This document shows positions 1-12,821 of a stretch of 64,000 nucleotides of DNA, in pieces; within the stretch, counting starts at the first letter, position 1; every line of letters starts with the position of its first letter. The notes under the pieces were generated by a model that was given only the letters and a program-made list of their open reading frames with translations, had not been told where the DNA came from and made no database searches. This stretch comes from Utricularia gibba (lineage: Eukaryota > Plantae > Magnoliophyta): contig NEEC01000013.1 of NCBI GenBank assembly GCA_002189035.1, forward strand, positions 1,054,001 to 1,118,000. The letters run 5' to 3'. The position numbers were made by a program, and so were the translations under genes.

Positions 1-143
1 GACAACTCGTTGAAAAAAAAAAAATCAAAGCTAGTTAAAAAAGGTACTCATAAATTCAAGGTATAAATTATAGGGAAGTCTTTGCCCTTGTTTCGAAATT
101 CGAAATTGTGAAGTTGCTCATAGCACTTGCAGCTCAACAAGGA

Positions 144-3100
144 TGATGTTAGAAACCTCTCTTTGCAAGGTTGCTTGCATTCTAGTATGAGGACGTTTGC
201 TCAGAAATTCAGCAGGATCTAACTTCTTGAGCACATGTTTCTTCTTATTAACTATCTTGGAGACAAGAAAAAGGATTGAACAATTCTCAAAAATTGAATG
301 AGACAACCAAGACAAAAAATCTTCTTACAAAAAGTGGCAATGACTTATGTAAATATTTAAGACCAGGACACTGTTCAAAATTAAAATTTCCCTATTACCA
401 TCATGAAAGTGAGCGTCTGAAATTACCTATGACATTAGCATCAATTCCTCTTCTTCTTCCTAGTTAGGTAAAGTTAAAATCACTGGATTGAGACCCCCAT
501 AATATTTCTATAGTTAACTAGTATGAAACACTAAGTGAATTTTCATTCCAACAAGTAACTCTAGTTTGCAGGCCAGAAGTTCTATTTTCTATAACAATGT
601 ATGGAAGTCAACTAAGCACCCACATAAATCTTTCTTTCATATCTTATTGGAACCTTAAATAAGACCAATTACCCTTCCTCAAATTCTAAGTGACAATGCT
701 TTTGATCATAATAGCCCTTCATTAATTATTGATTGAAATTCAATCTATCCTTATAAAGTTGTAGAATATCATCTCAACCTCAAAATTGTAAATCCACTGT
801 GGAGACCTTGGAATTTTCCTTCTCATAAAGGATGGTCGTTGGTATAGGCTATTCACAAACAATCTCAAACAGAGTCATGTCAATGTGGCTATGCAGGTTG
901 GTGTTGTACGAATATTTTGCCTAGAATAACCAATGTGTCCATTGACTAGGTTTATCACTTGTGAAACTCTTGAGATACATTTCCATTTGTCGACAACATC
1001 GGTTTGACTATCCGATTGTGGATGATATGCTGTTGAATAATACACCTAACATTCATAGCAATTCTTTCCAAAATATACTTTTAAATATCTTATCCCTATC
1101 ACTCACAATAGACTTTGACAATCCATGAAGTTTAAAAATTTCTTCAAATACTATTTTAGCAACCGAAGCATCAATAAAAGGATGCGATAGAGCAAGAAAT
1201 TGAGCATACTTAGAGAATATTTCCACCACAATCATTATCACCTGTTTTTGTCTTGATATCAGTAACCCTTCTAAAAAATCTATTGAGATATTTATCATAT
1301 CCGATTCAGTATAGGCATGGGTTGTAAAAGACTAGCATGTTTCCTCTGGTTTCATTTATTCTATTGAACATCACATATCTTAACGAACTCCTATATTTGT
1401 GCCTTCATACCATGCCAATAAAATTCATCAGATACACGATGGAGGGTCTTTGCATATGCTTCACGGTGAGCAGCATGGCTCATAACAATAATCTATTTCG
1501 GCAATGCCAAGTCAACTGATACATAAAACCTATCTTTATAGTAAATGATACCTTGAAAAAACTTCTACTTATCACCTATTGTCCTCCGACAAATTCCACT
1601 TCTCCTTTCCTATGTGGCAAATGAAATCTCCTAGACTCATTTACTTTGATTTTGTAGGTCGACGTGAAGTATCGAGATTTTGACAAGCTTTACTTCCTCC
1701 TGATCCCTTCTGAAGCATGACGTTCTATGATGAATTCTTGTAAAAAATCTGAAGCAACTAAAATGGGAGCTTGAGTCAATTCTAGTTTAAGAGCTTCAAA
1801 CTCATAATAAACTTGTAAGAGCTACAGTTTTGGCACTAAAATTCTAAATGAATCTATGGTAATAACTTGTGAGACTCAAGAATCCTCACACACCCTTCAT
1901 CTCATGGGTTTAGACTACTCAATAATAGCACATATTTTATTTGGGTCCTCCTTGATTCTCTCTTTCTACCCAACACGTGCCTCAGGTATATCACTTCGGA
2001 TTTCGTAAATAAACATTTCAACTTCTTCACAGACAAGTGATTTTCTTGTAGAATTTCAAAAATTGTATGACTGATCAGTGTGCTTCGATTCAATCACGTT
2101 GAAAATTAAAATATCATCAAAGTAAACAATCACAAACATTTGTAAATATGTTTTAAAGATATTATGCATTAAGGACTTAAAGGTAACTAGAGCATTTATT
2201 ACCTCAAACAACATCACAAAGAATTGGTAATGAGCATTGTGAGTATGAAAACCAATCTTAGGGATGTTTGATCGTTACCCAAATCTGGTGATATCCTGAA
2301 TGAATGTCCAATTTCGTAAATACTATTGCCTCATTCAATTTAGATAACAATTCGTACATTGTTGCAATAGGGAATTTTACCTTTTCTATGATTGAATTCA
2401 AACCCCTATAATCAATACGTAAACGCTAGCCTCCATCATGCTTGGTGATCAATAAAACTGGAGCAGGGAATTGAGAAGAACTCTCTCTAATCCATCGCTT
2501 GGAAAGTAGATCAGGACACTGATTTTCAATTTCCATCTTTTGAGCTTGTGGACACATATAAGGCCTCCTTGCTACTATCATCAACCCCGGTATTGATTCT
2601 TGAAAATATGTAGAGTTTGAGTTTGTCTCTTGAAAATAGTAGCATAAGCCTCGCAGATACACAATACAATTTAACCAAAAATATTTTAGGGACAAGATTC
2701 TATATGATGTAATGATGTAATCTCATGGGCATTGTCATGGTTGGGACCACAAAAGTCTTTCCTCCCATTTCAAAACTAAATCATAATTCCTCAAAAATCA
2801 TAATTCCCCAAAATCACATTTAATCATTCCCAGAGAATATAACCAATTAATTATAGCCACACCATTATATCTACAAAAAATTGTTAGTCTTCAATTCTAA
2901 GGGAACAATTTCGGACGATGACAACACATGGAATTCCATCATTATTAGAAAGGATCACATTAATTCTCTTAAAAGATTCCACCTGTAAATGCAACTTGTA
3001 AGCTAATGATGCATGTACAAAGGAATGAGAACTCCCTTAATCCACCAAGAATGTTAGTTTCTTTCTATTAACATGGCCAAATATTTTGAGCCTCTTTAGA

Positions 3101-4231
3101 GATGGGTTTCTGATAGTAGCCAGTAAGGATAATTCAGGGCTTTATTCACCACCATATGTTAAGGACTCCCCATCATCCAAAGCTAATTCCAACACAATCA
3201 CAAATAATCATTTACACTTATGGCCAGGTTTAAACTGCACATCACAATTAAAGCACAACCATTTTGCTCTACATTCTCAAATTCAGCTCAAGGTAAATGC
3301 TCCCATACTAACTATAGAAGGGTATTGTTCTTTGCAAAAATCCTAACTTTTCTCATAGCCATTTTCACATCCTATGGTTTTGCAGGTCCTCTAGCAAACC
3401 CTTCATGTGTAAGGAGGTTTCATATGCAAAGTCCAAGTACTAACATAGAGGGAAAGATTAATGAACTTCTCATTATAGTATCCTAATCATAATCCATGCG
3501 AAGCTCTAGCAAATCCACCATGATCGACACAGCAATGTTATCATAAAAAGTGTCACAATAATCACCCTGAAACAATTCCCACGTCAAGGACAAAGTATTA
3601 TGTGAAGCTTCATAAACTAGGATTGAGCAAGACCACCCAAACTAGTTGCAACTACTTGCAATTTCTCTTCATCTACTGAAATGATAAAAAAAGAAGTAAT
3701 CCTTTTTTTTTAACCCAATGAATTGGGTTCGAAATTTCATTAAATTTGAGAACATACAAGAGGTGGGCTGCTGTTCCCCATAAGGTAGATAGCCATGGGA
3801 GCTTCATCCCCCAAAAGTTTGAGAGTGTGTGGAGTCTTTTAAGGTTTCCATTCTATTCATCAATTTCTCTAATTGAGATTGCAGTGTGTGCTGGAAGGAA
3901 TCCACACAATCCAAATGATCTTTCAAGGTTTTAAATTTTTCTACATCCATAGATGAAGACGAGGTCGAATAAGGCAACTACTCTGATATCAAATTCTGAG
4001 GAACCTCTCCTTGCAGGGCTGCTTGCAACCTTGTACGAGGATATTCTCTCAAAAATTCAGTAGGATGTAACTTCCTGAACACGGTTTTCTTCCTATTCCC
4101 TATCTTGGAGATAGGAAAAAAGATTAAGCTATTCTTAAAGGAAACTTCAAGAACTAAGTAAGACAACCGAGAAGACAAAAAGTAATCACGACTTATATAA
4201 ATATCTAAGACCAAGACATTTTTCAAATACA
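144..4231 (-). mobile_element. Old, internally deleted Ty3/gypsy LTR retrotransposon
   Basis: Two diverged ~240-bp direct repeats (~144-383 and ~3995-4231). Reverse-complement tRNA-Met PBS (actctgatatcaa, 3980-3992) abuts the right repeat. Flanks aagga/aaggt are a 4/5 TSD. Minus-strand integrase fragment (1053-1298, IMIVVEIFSKYAQFLALSHPF...SIVSDRDKIFKSIFWKELL) and RT fragments (1902-2093; 2426-2695, WIRESSSQFPAPVLLITKHDGG). All frames are broken. Confidence 0.7.
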
Positions 4232-4339
4232 AAGGTATGGTTAAGTTCTAAAGAAGTTCCAATTCCTCACAATTCCTTGTTGGCTCAATTCTTCTATTAT
4301 AGCACAGGGGTCCCTTCATAGTTGGTAGGGACATCATAG

Positions 4340-5830
4340 ATGGACAATTTATCATGTGGATATGAAGACTGCCTTACTCAATGAAACTATGAATGAAATC
4401 ATTTACTATGAGCAACCTGAAAGATATATTAAAAAGGTTGTGGAAAACAAGATATTAAAATTAAACAAGATTTTGTACGGTTTGAAGCAAACTTCTCAAT
4501 CTTGGTATGAAAAAATTCATCACTTTTTTGATGCAGAAGGTGTTTTCCTAACCAATACTAAGCAAACACTGTTTTGTAAAGAAATGAATGGAGAAAAAAT
4601 CTTAGTAAGCATTTATGTTGATGACCTATTGATTACCTATAATGACTCAACTCTAGTGGATTAACTAAAAAATAATCTCAAGTGATAGTTTCAGATAACT
4701 GACCTCTGAATCATGAACTACTATTTGGGAATATAAATTCACCAATATGTGAATAAAGGAACATTTTTGTGTCAAAGGAAAAACTCATTAGAACTAATTC
4801 AATAATTTAAGATGTAAGAAGCAAATGACTACATATGTCCCATGAACTCTAAAGGGATGTTTACTCCATAAGAAGATGAACGTGATTGTGATATTAAAAT
4901 TTATCACAGCCTTGGATGCCTTATTTACCTTAGTCACACAAAGCTTGACTTATGTCATAATGTAAACATGCTTTTCAGGTTCATGAAGAACTCCAAAGTC
5001 TCACTTTGTAGTAGCAGTCAAACAGGTTTTGAGATATGTGAAGAAAACTATTGGTTGTGTAATTTTCTACTCCTACAAGGAAAATGGATATCCAAAGCTT
5101 AAGGGCTACAAGGATCGTGATTACACAAGTAGCTATGACAGTAAGAGCACATCACGATTTTACCTAAATGTTTCACTCATCTCATGGAGTACAAAGCGAC
5201 AATCTATCATTGCCCAATCAACAGCTGAAGCTGCATATATTTCAGCTTCATTGGCTTTAAAATATCAAATCCAAATCCATTGTGTGGATAACAAGGTTAC
5301 AATTCAAATTGCAAAGATCTTCTCAGTTTAGCAAAGATAAACACATTCAAGTCAAATTTCACGCTATCCAAGATGCTATCAGACGGAAAATAATTAACTT
5401 GTAGTTTGTGGAAAGTAGTGAACAATACGCTAATATGTTCACAAAGCCCTTGGGGCGCCTACTATATGAAAGCTTTTGTTTGAGAATATGTGTGAAAAGA
5501 TTGAGGGAAATTCATGAATTATGTTCCGAGAGTGATGGGGGGAGTGTTGAAGGTCATTCTTGGAAATCATGAGGGAAATCTAAAGGCGGAAAGATGGAAG
5601 ATGTGAAGAAGTGGGTGGAAATTAAAGAAGCTTTTAATCATGTGATCATAACATGACTTAGACTACAAGTATGCAAAATCCTATCAATAAAAGATAACTA
5701 TTTTCCCAATCGTTTTCTTTTGTCAGGAACCACTATGAGTCTATATCTCTATTTTGAATGCTCCCACAAGATCTAAGATTCACAGAAAGAAATCTATATT
5801 CAATACTGTTGCATTATGTTTTCTTCCATG
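4340..5830 (+). mobile_element. 5'-truncated Ty1/copia remnant (RT, RNase H, PPT, 3' LTR)
   Basis: DMKTALLN...LNKILYGLKQTSQSWYEKI...SIYVDDLLIT (4356-4664) and ISWSTKRQSIIAQSTAEAAYI (5029-5331). Purine tract gatggggggag (5534-5544) is followed by TG at 5545. The right boundary is approximate. Confidence 0.8.
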
Positions 5831-7660
5831 AAGCAAACTTGAGATTCATATGTGGTTCAAGTACACTCTTGAGATGCTCCTATTGAAATGGCTATGTTGC
5901 AAGTGGAGCTCTTCATGCTTTTTATTCGAATCAAGTAGAAAACATAAAATTATCAAATCAAGAATCAAATTGAAAGAAAATAATCAACAATTCCAAGTTC
6001 GAATGCCTCACAAACCAAGGTTCATACTGAATGAATTCACCAATTTTTATCAATGACGAAGAACTACAATCCATAATTCAAATCTTTCCTACCTGGTGAG
6101 CTTAATAAGATTTGAATTGAAGTTTAATTCATTACAATAAAAATGTTATTATGTTCTTATTTTTACTCGATTGTTAATAGTTTAAGAAAACTATCAAAAT
6201 GTTACACAACCACAATCGAGAAGAATTTTTCAATTACTCACTCAAATCTCATGCTCTGCTTGATAAAATAATATTTTCCTTAACTCATTGAGTTATCGCT
6301 ATCTTCATTTAAGATTATTTGTTAACCATGTAAATTTTGGCTTGGGAAAAGCTCCACTGAAAGGCCTCTCTCCCTTGATATATGCCCTATCATAATGGTT
6401 GCTTAGCTTAGAAACAGTACCATGTCCCATCAACTGGACATTATGGTATGGCAGAGAGATTTACAATAGCAAGAAATCTCAACCTAGAACATAACATGGC
6501 ATTAAATGTTACACATTGCCTTTGGATTTAGATGATGAAAACTATGCCCCTTCCGATTGCCAGAATGCATGTGAAAACACAATAGGGAGGTTATTGGAGT
6601 AATAAGGAAGAAAAGTGCAATAAGGTTAGGGGCTATAAAGAAAATGATCCAAGTGGAAAAATGAATAGTTTGATGATGTAGAAAAGAACTCAATCTAGAT
6701 AAGATTAGCACATATAATTCGAATTCAAATATATAAAGACCAAGAATTAAGGTTGAAGATTAGGGATCACAGTTGAAGTTTCTATTCGAGACCAACTAAT
6801 TTTGTTTATATCTATACCATAAATGTTTTGCCAATATGCTCCCAAAAAGCTAAAGATTGATTGATGTGTAACACACACACCAAGACTTGCCACAAGAGAC
6901 CCAGAGCTAGCAAATCTCCTACAGCATAATACCACAATTGACCAAAAATACACACAAGAAGAGCAAATCATCTAATGGAGCATCAACATTCCATTTATGA
7001 TTTCATGTTTAAACTGAATGATGGTAGAGTATTTCATCAGATTAGATAACAAGTAGAACCCCTTGAGAATTATAGGTGGCAGCACACTCAACCCAAGCCA
7101 CCAGTACTTTCACTTAGGGCGCGTTTGGTTGGTGGATTTAGGTGGGTTGCAGCGTGGGATTAGACATAAACCCACGTTTGGTACGTGGGTTTCATGTGGG
7201 TAAAAATAAACCCACCTGTTGACCATAAACCGGGCGGGAACCTGTGGAGATGGGTTTAACTAAACCCGGGGGGAGGGGGGTCGATTTAGCTAAACCCAGC
7301 TCGGCACTTCCACTTTTTCCCTTGCGTGAACTACATTTGAATGCAGATCTACAACCCAGATTTGTTAGTGCTTTGCCAGTGGCGTCGCCTGTTCTTTGAG
7401 CGCAAGATGGTGGGTCTTTCGGTAAGTATGCTTTCTGTTCTTGGTGGGTTGGTTCACGGTAGCACTGCCAGAGGCCAATCACGGCAGCACCGCATACTGG
7501 ATTTTTATCTGTGAATTTCCAATTTCAGAATCTTTGGTGCTATGTCAGTGAACTTATTTTGCTCGATTTTGGTGACTGTTGAGGGGACATGGATTTTTTC
7601 ACGAAGGGTCATGTCATCTTGAGTGCGGCAGCGGCAATTTTGACTGAATACTTGGTGTAG

Positions 7661-8664
7661 ATGAATGTGTTAGTATACTTACATTGGAAGAAATATCGTA
7701 GGGGATATAGGGTGAGACGTAAGTATTCACTTACACACAAGATTCGTAGACAAGTTGAGTTTATTAGTAGGTTGGTGAGTGATGTGAACAGTGCATCCAT
7801 TGAGAATTTGAGAATCAGCCGAGATGCGTTGGGTATTTTATGTAGCCTATTAGAAACTGTGGGAGGAGCTGTGTCTCGGTGCTTCCAAAAGGTGTTGCAT
7901 GTGGTGCTTTGCTTCCATGAGGTGCTGTTAGAGACCCCAGTAGTTGATGCAGAATGTGCATCCGAAGGAAAGTTTAAAAACTTCCAGGTTGACACATCTT
8001 TCATGCTTCTTTATACGAATGTGTATCCTAAAATTGATTATGCATTTGCAGGGTTGTTTTGGAGCCATAGATGGTGCATACATCGGTATACAAGTTAACA
8101 AATGTGATGCTGCAAGGTATAGAAATCGAAAGAGGGTGATATCCACCAACGTGCTGAGTGTATGTGATGAACACATGAAATTTATATATGTGCTTGCTGG
8201 GTGGGAGGGGTCTGCTACAGATAGTCGGGGTGCTAAACGATGCACTCTCACGATCCGACGGCTTCCGTGTACGCCCAGGTATTTTACTTGTTTAGCCCTT
8301 GTGTATGTGATTCCAATGATTTTATGCACTATGTATACTTGATGACACAAGAACATATTACCTCTGTGACAATGGATATGCCAATAGGGAGGGCTTTTTG
8401 ACACCATATCGTGGAGTCCGTTACCACTTGAAGGAGTGGGGACAGGGAAATAGAGCACCCCAGAATGCCAAAGAGCTATTCAACATGCGGCATGCATCAA
8501 GCAGAAATTTGATCAAACGAGCTTGGGGCTTGATGAAGATGCGGTGGGGTATACTACGGACGGCTAGCTACTATTCCGTAGACACACAGAACCACATTGT
8601 ATTGGCATGTGCTTTACTCCATAACCTCATTCAAAATGGAGGTCCCATTGGACTTCCAGGATGA
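7661..8664 (+). pseudogene. PIF/Harbinger DDE transposase, inactivated
   Basis: Motifs GCFGAIDGAYI, TNVLSVCD, YVLAGWEGSATDSR, YYLCDNGY, PYRGVRYHLKEW, FNMRHASSRNLIKRAWG, LACALLHN. One extra G in cggggtg (~8226-8231) frameshifts DSRVLNDAL. The conserved RNxIER Glu is Lys. A segment appears deleted between TVGG and AVSR. Confidence 0.9.
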
Positions 8665-9042
8665 AGCTGGGGACACGAGTAATCTAGAAGATGTCACGAC
8701 ATGTGCTGAAGGCAATCAGGGATAGAATAGGTGGCGTGACCAGCAAGCCGGGGGGATGTACACCGAGTGGCTAGAATCCTGCAGATGCCGCTAGTGTAGC
8801 ACTGTTTTAGACATTGTCATGCTAGTGGTTTTCCTTAATTCCCGTTCAGAACCTATCGTGTTGTTTGTACTGAATTACTAAGCACAACTCTTTGCATTGC
8901 AAAGTCATGTCCTAAATTCCCATTTGTACTCCAACTTGAAATTGAAATTGCAGAGTATTTGATAGTTGCTGCACAAGTTGTTGGGATTGTACCATAGTGT
9001 CATGTCTTACCATGGGGTAACATGGTAACACACGGTGGATCA

Positions 9043-9490
9043 TTGGAACCAACACCGCGATCTTCAGTTGAGGTGCTACAAAGGCTTGTACGACACCAAA
9101 ATTGTTGGCACACCACGTGTTTCATCATATCCGGTGCTGACAAAAATTAAACATTAGATGAGTGTGAAGCTAGTGCATAGTAGTGAGGGTATTTGGTAGT
9201 ACAGCAATGCGCCATTTGACCAAACACCGGGATCCATAAACTCCAGTGCTTCTGAATGCCTGGGCTATGCTGCGTTCAGTGCTGCACCGCATGTTTCCTC
9301 GTATCCGGTGCTGTCAAGTTTTAGAAGTAAATGCGTATGCAGCTGGTGCATATTAGCGTGGGTGATTGGTAGTACAACAATACTCCATTTGACCAAACAC
9401 CGCGATCCATAATATGCGGTGCTTCTAAACGCCTGAGCTACGCTACGCATTCCGCAGCACTGCGAAAACATAATCCGGTGTTCTAAGTTC
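9043..9490. repeat. Internal tandem repeat, ~173-bp period, two clear copies plus one diverged partial copy
   Basis: ttggtagtaca...ccatttgaccaaacaccg.gatccataa...gtgcttct.aa.gcctg.gcta...atccggtg.t starts at 9193 and 9366. A weaker copy (aacaccgcgatc...atccggtgctgaca) lies at ~9043-9150. Confidence 0.7.
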
Positions 9491-9723
9491 CAAAAATAAA
9501 TTGGCATAAAATATTACAGTTATAAAATATTAATACCCCCCTTGCGCACAATAAAAGCGCCTGACATTGTGCAATTTCCAAAACAACTTCATTAATTCCG
9601 CCCATGCAACTCCACCCTTTCAGCAAACGTGCAGCAGCACCGCGAAAACAGTCTCCTTGACAACCTCTCTAGAACAGCGTCGCAACGGTAGGAACCTTTG
9701 CCCTTAGCGTTTCAAATTCTTCG

Positions 9724-10643
9724 TTGCCATCGTCAAGTAACATGTCTATTGTTTTCCAGATGTTGATGTGTGAGAAACTACGTGTCCGTTTCTCAATTCC
9801 CGATGGTTACATGATGTGGGATAAACAACCGGGCGAAACGTCGGACGGCAAACCATCATCCAGAGTTGGAGCATCGGGATTCGCCGTCAGCACCGAGAAC
9901 TTTCGGTGTGGATTGCGACTCCCCCTGCCCTCTTTCTTGGTGCACATACTTGCTGCACTCCAGATCCCACTCTCCCACCTCACACCACGTTCAGTGGTTT
10001 ACATTCTCGCATTTCTGCTGATCTGTGAAGAGGAGGGCATACCCCCGGAAATGCGTGTCTTCTTTGCGGTTTCTGTTAGTGTCCAACGTAAGGGGAGTCC
10101 GCACTGCTCGCTTCATGGAAAACCTGGTGTGGTTCTGGTTACAGACGTGAGAAGCGCATATGATGATTGGTGGACTAGTTTTGTATGGGTATGCCCACCC
10201 ATCGCTGCAGAATGGCCAACAACGTTGACAGTGTCAGAGAATGTGGGACACCCATCACGTAATCACAAACAATTACTTCGCATATTCACACGTCTTGTGC
10301 AATAGTACCCATGTTTTTTGCTGTTTTCGTTGTAGGCATAGAGGTATTGCCAAAACGTGCGACAAGGAGGTTTGTGAATTTGTTCTCTTTTAGAACAAAG
10401 TCCTTGGAGGACGTCTTGCCCTCCTTCATCAATGCCCCTAGGACACAGCATCCGTGGTGCGGAACCCCTCGACACCGTAGACAACGTAGGAGTACAAATG
10501 ATGATCCTGAGGAGGTGACCCATGAAGAGGATGAAGATGTGCAGCCAGAAGTCAAGGGCAGCATGGAGGGGCCAACACCAATCTGGACACATGACGACGG
10601 GTGGGTGCTGCCATTGCAAAGTATATCCAAATGGATAGACTGA
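9724..10643 (+). pseudogene. Cargo ORF 1: 'transposase (putative), gypsy-type'-like region followed by an acidic linker exon
   Basis: LRVRFSIP...FRCGLRLPLPSFLVHILAALQIPLSHLTPRSVVYILAFLLICEEEGIPP...DWWTSFVWV matches the remembered motif pattern of the plant Transposase_28-like family. A phase-compatible 77-nt GT-AG intron (10259-10335) would join it to the 10336-10643 frame (DDPEEVTHEEDEDVQPE). Confidence 0.55.
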
Positions 10644-10725
10644 ACGCAGAGAATATTGAACTCTGTGGTCGACTTGCATGGTATGAAGCAAGGTGGCATA
10701 TGGTGGACTGTCGAGTGATAACACA

Positions 10726-12661
10726 GCCCCACCACGGAAGTTGCTAATATTTGACGTGAATGGCGTACTTGGGGACATTGTGTATCCTCGCGAAGTCAGA
10801 TGGGGAGCGCTGAAGCCGTATGCCGTCATTTACGGGCGAAACGGTAATGCGGTGTCATTGATATGCATTTAATATTCGGTGCATGTGTTAGTACTATTTC
10901 TTGTGCTTGTAGTGTATCTTCGACCAGGTGCACGTGAGTTGATACAGTTTTGTATGGAACACTTTGACGTCGCCATCTGGTCTTCAAGAGGATGGTAAGA
11001 CTGACCACCTTGCAGGCAAGGTGCATTCCTGCTGACATTTTTTTTTATGACAGCATATGGTAGTGAACAATTGCACGATGTGGTTTAGTGGTTACTAGGA
11101 CCTGCAGCAGTCAACAAGCTCGTCTTCCAATGGGATGGATCCAGGTGTGTGGACACCGGCTGTCCGGTGCACGACAACAGGAACAACACGGTCTTAATAC
11201 GCTTCTCATCGATGATGCGCCGTACAAGTCACTACACAATCCAGTGAGTTTCTGGCTGCGCTCATTCTCCATCATCTTGCATACGATGATTGTTTAGTTT
11301 CATTGGATAGCCCGAAAATGCCATATTCCAAACAACTTTCAAGTACACCTGATAAAAGAAAAATTATGCAATAACGTTAAATGCAAATTTTCCTATCAAA
11401 TAAATTTATAACCTAACCCACATTCAAGCATAAAACAATTATGAGCATAGTGATTAGGGTGGAACACAAAGAGCAGGTATTTGTCAAGTGATTAGCCAAA
11501 GCATGAAATCAGTGTCACGTTGGTAAATTGGTCTTAACTAGGACTAAGGCAGGACTATAATGAAATACAGTAAAGAAAAGTAGCAAGTTTGGATTCGGTA
11601 GTTTCTGGAATGGAATGGGTGATGCCTTGGGACTCTTAGGGAATATATGCCTATCACTAAAAAAACTCACCTAAATCATAAATCATACAACTAACTCACA
11701 AGATCTAGGTCTACCTGTATTCTTGTTTTTCCCCCTAATCTTTGGTCTACCTCTAATTAGGGCTGTTAAGTTGGGTTTCATGATTTGGTAAGGAAGTGGC
11801 GTGACTCATGGTTTATTAAGTGTAAGGATGGATTAGCATATTTCTCCCCTTTTCACCCCAAGGCACCCCCCTAAATGCTTAGCCACTCGTGCTTAAGGTA
11901 AATGAAAATGGACAAGAAAACATCACCCACAGTATACTCATTTCACAGTCGAATACCAGAAAGCAAACAAGCAAGTAATGTGAAATGTCGACAAAAACTA
12001 AAAACGTCGCTAGCTACTCTTAGCTAGGAGTAACATTCTTCGAAAACATAAATTAGTCTTGAACTTCAGCTTCGTTCCTGTTTGTCTTCCTTCTTCTTCC
12101 TCCTCAGAAAACCTTCTCCAGATAGCTATTCGTGAGTCTTCAAGGGTAGATCTGCTTTCTCTCTCATCTTCCCCCCCTTTTTGTCCAAAATCTCACTTTT
12201 TCACCTTCTTGGACTTTGTGTGTACTCTTTTTCAGATTTCTACCACCTTCTGTGTCACTACACTGTTCATATTCGGCTCCTTGGGATTTGTGTTGCAACA
12301 TGTGCTGCATTGCTTGAAGAAAACTATTAGAAGGTTGGGACTAAATCACAGATTTAGTCCCAACTAAGACTAAATTGGCACTACTACAGTACTTATGTGC
12401 AAAAATACAAAACTAGGCAATAAAGCTTACTTTTTGTAGCACAAAATGAGTAAATTCTATGCATTGAGCCACTCAAAAATATGTGTTATCAACACCGCAG
12501 TCAATGATTGTTCGCTGGTTCGAGGAGGAGATATTAGGTTGTTCTTGAAAGCTCTCATTGACAACATGGATGTACCCACGCACGTCGATCAGCGTCGGGT
12601 AGGTCAACGTCCAATAGACGAGGAACACCCATTGTGGAAGCATAAAAAGACTCTTGTGTAA
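10726..12661 (+). pseudogene. Cargo gene 2: FCP1-homology/NIF (HAD-superfamily) phosphatase-like, multi-exon, disrupted
   Basis: Successive blocks RKLLIFDVNGVLGDIV / VYLRPGARELIQFCMEHFDVAIWSSR / KLVFQWDGSRCVDTG / NTLLIDDAPYKSLHNP / PENAIFQTTFKYT-[solo LTR]-AVNDCSLVRGGDIRLFLKAL...VGQRPIDEEHPLW, with GT-AG introns between most blocks. An internal deletion/frameshift lies between the DTG and NTLL blocks. Confidence 0.85.
11350..12491 (-). mobile_element. Solo LTR, 1142 bp (Athila-like by appearance)
   Basis: TGATA...TATCA termini with a perfect 5-bp TSD ACACC (11345-11349, 12492-12496). Removing it restores the FCP1-like reading frame. Confidence 0.92.
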
Positions 12662-12821
12662 CCGATGGTGCACCTTTGAAATTGCATACGCGGTGCTTCC
12701 ACATACGAAGTCACAACACAGTCTACCCTTTGCAGTGCTCATCCCAGTTTAAAGGATGATTAGAAGATGAAATACATCTAGTCCATAAGTCCAACATAAG
12801 GCGGAGCAGCACACAACGGAT

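Noticed and set aside
5830-7110. Short ORFs (5850-6056, 6502-6711, 6747-6971) that might be retroelement gag remnants
   Set aside because: No motif I could assign with confidence, and frames are inconsistent.
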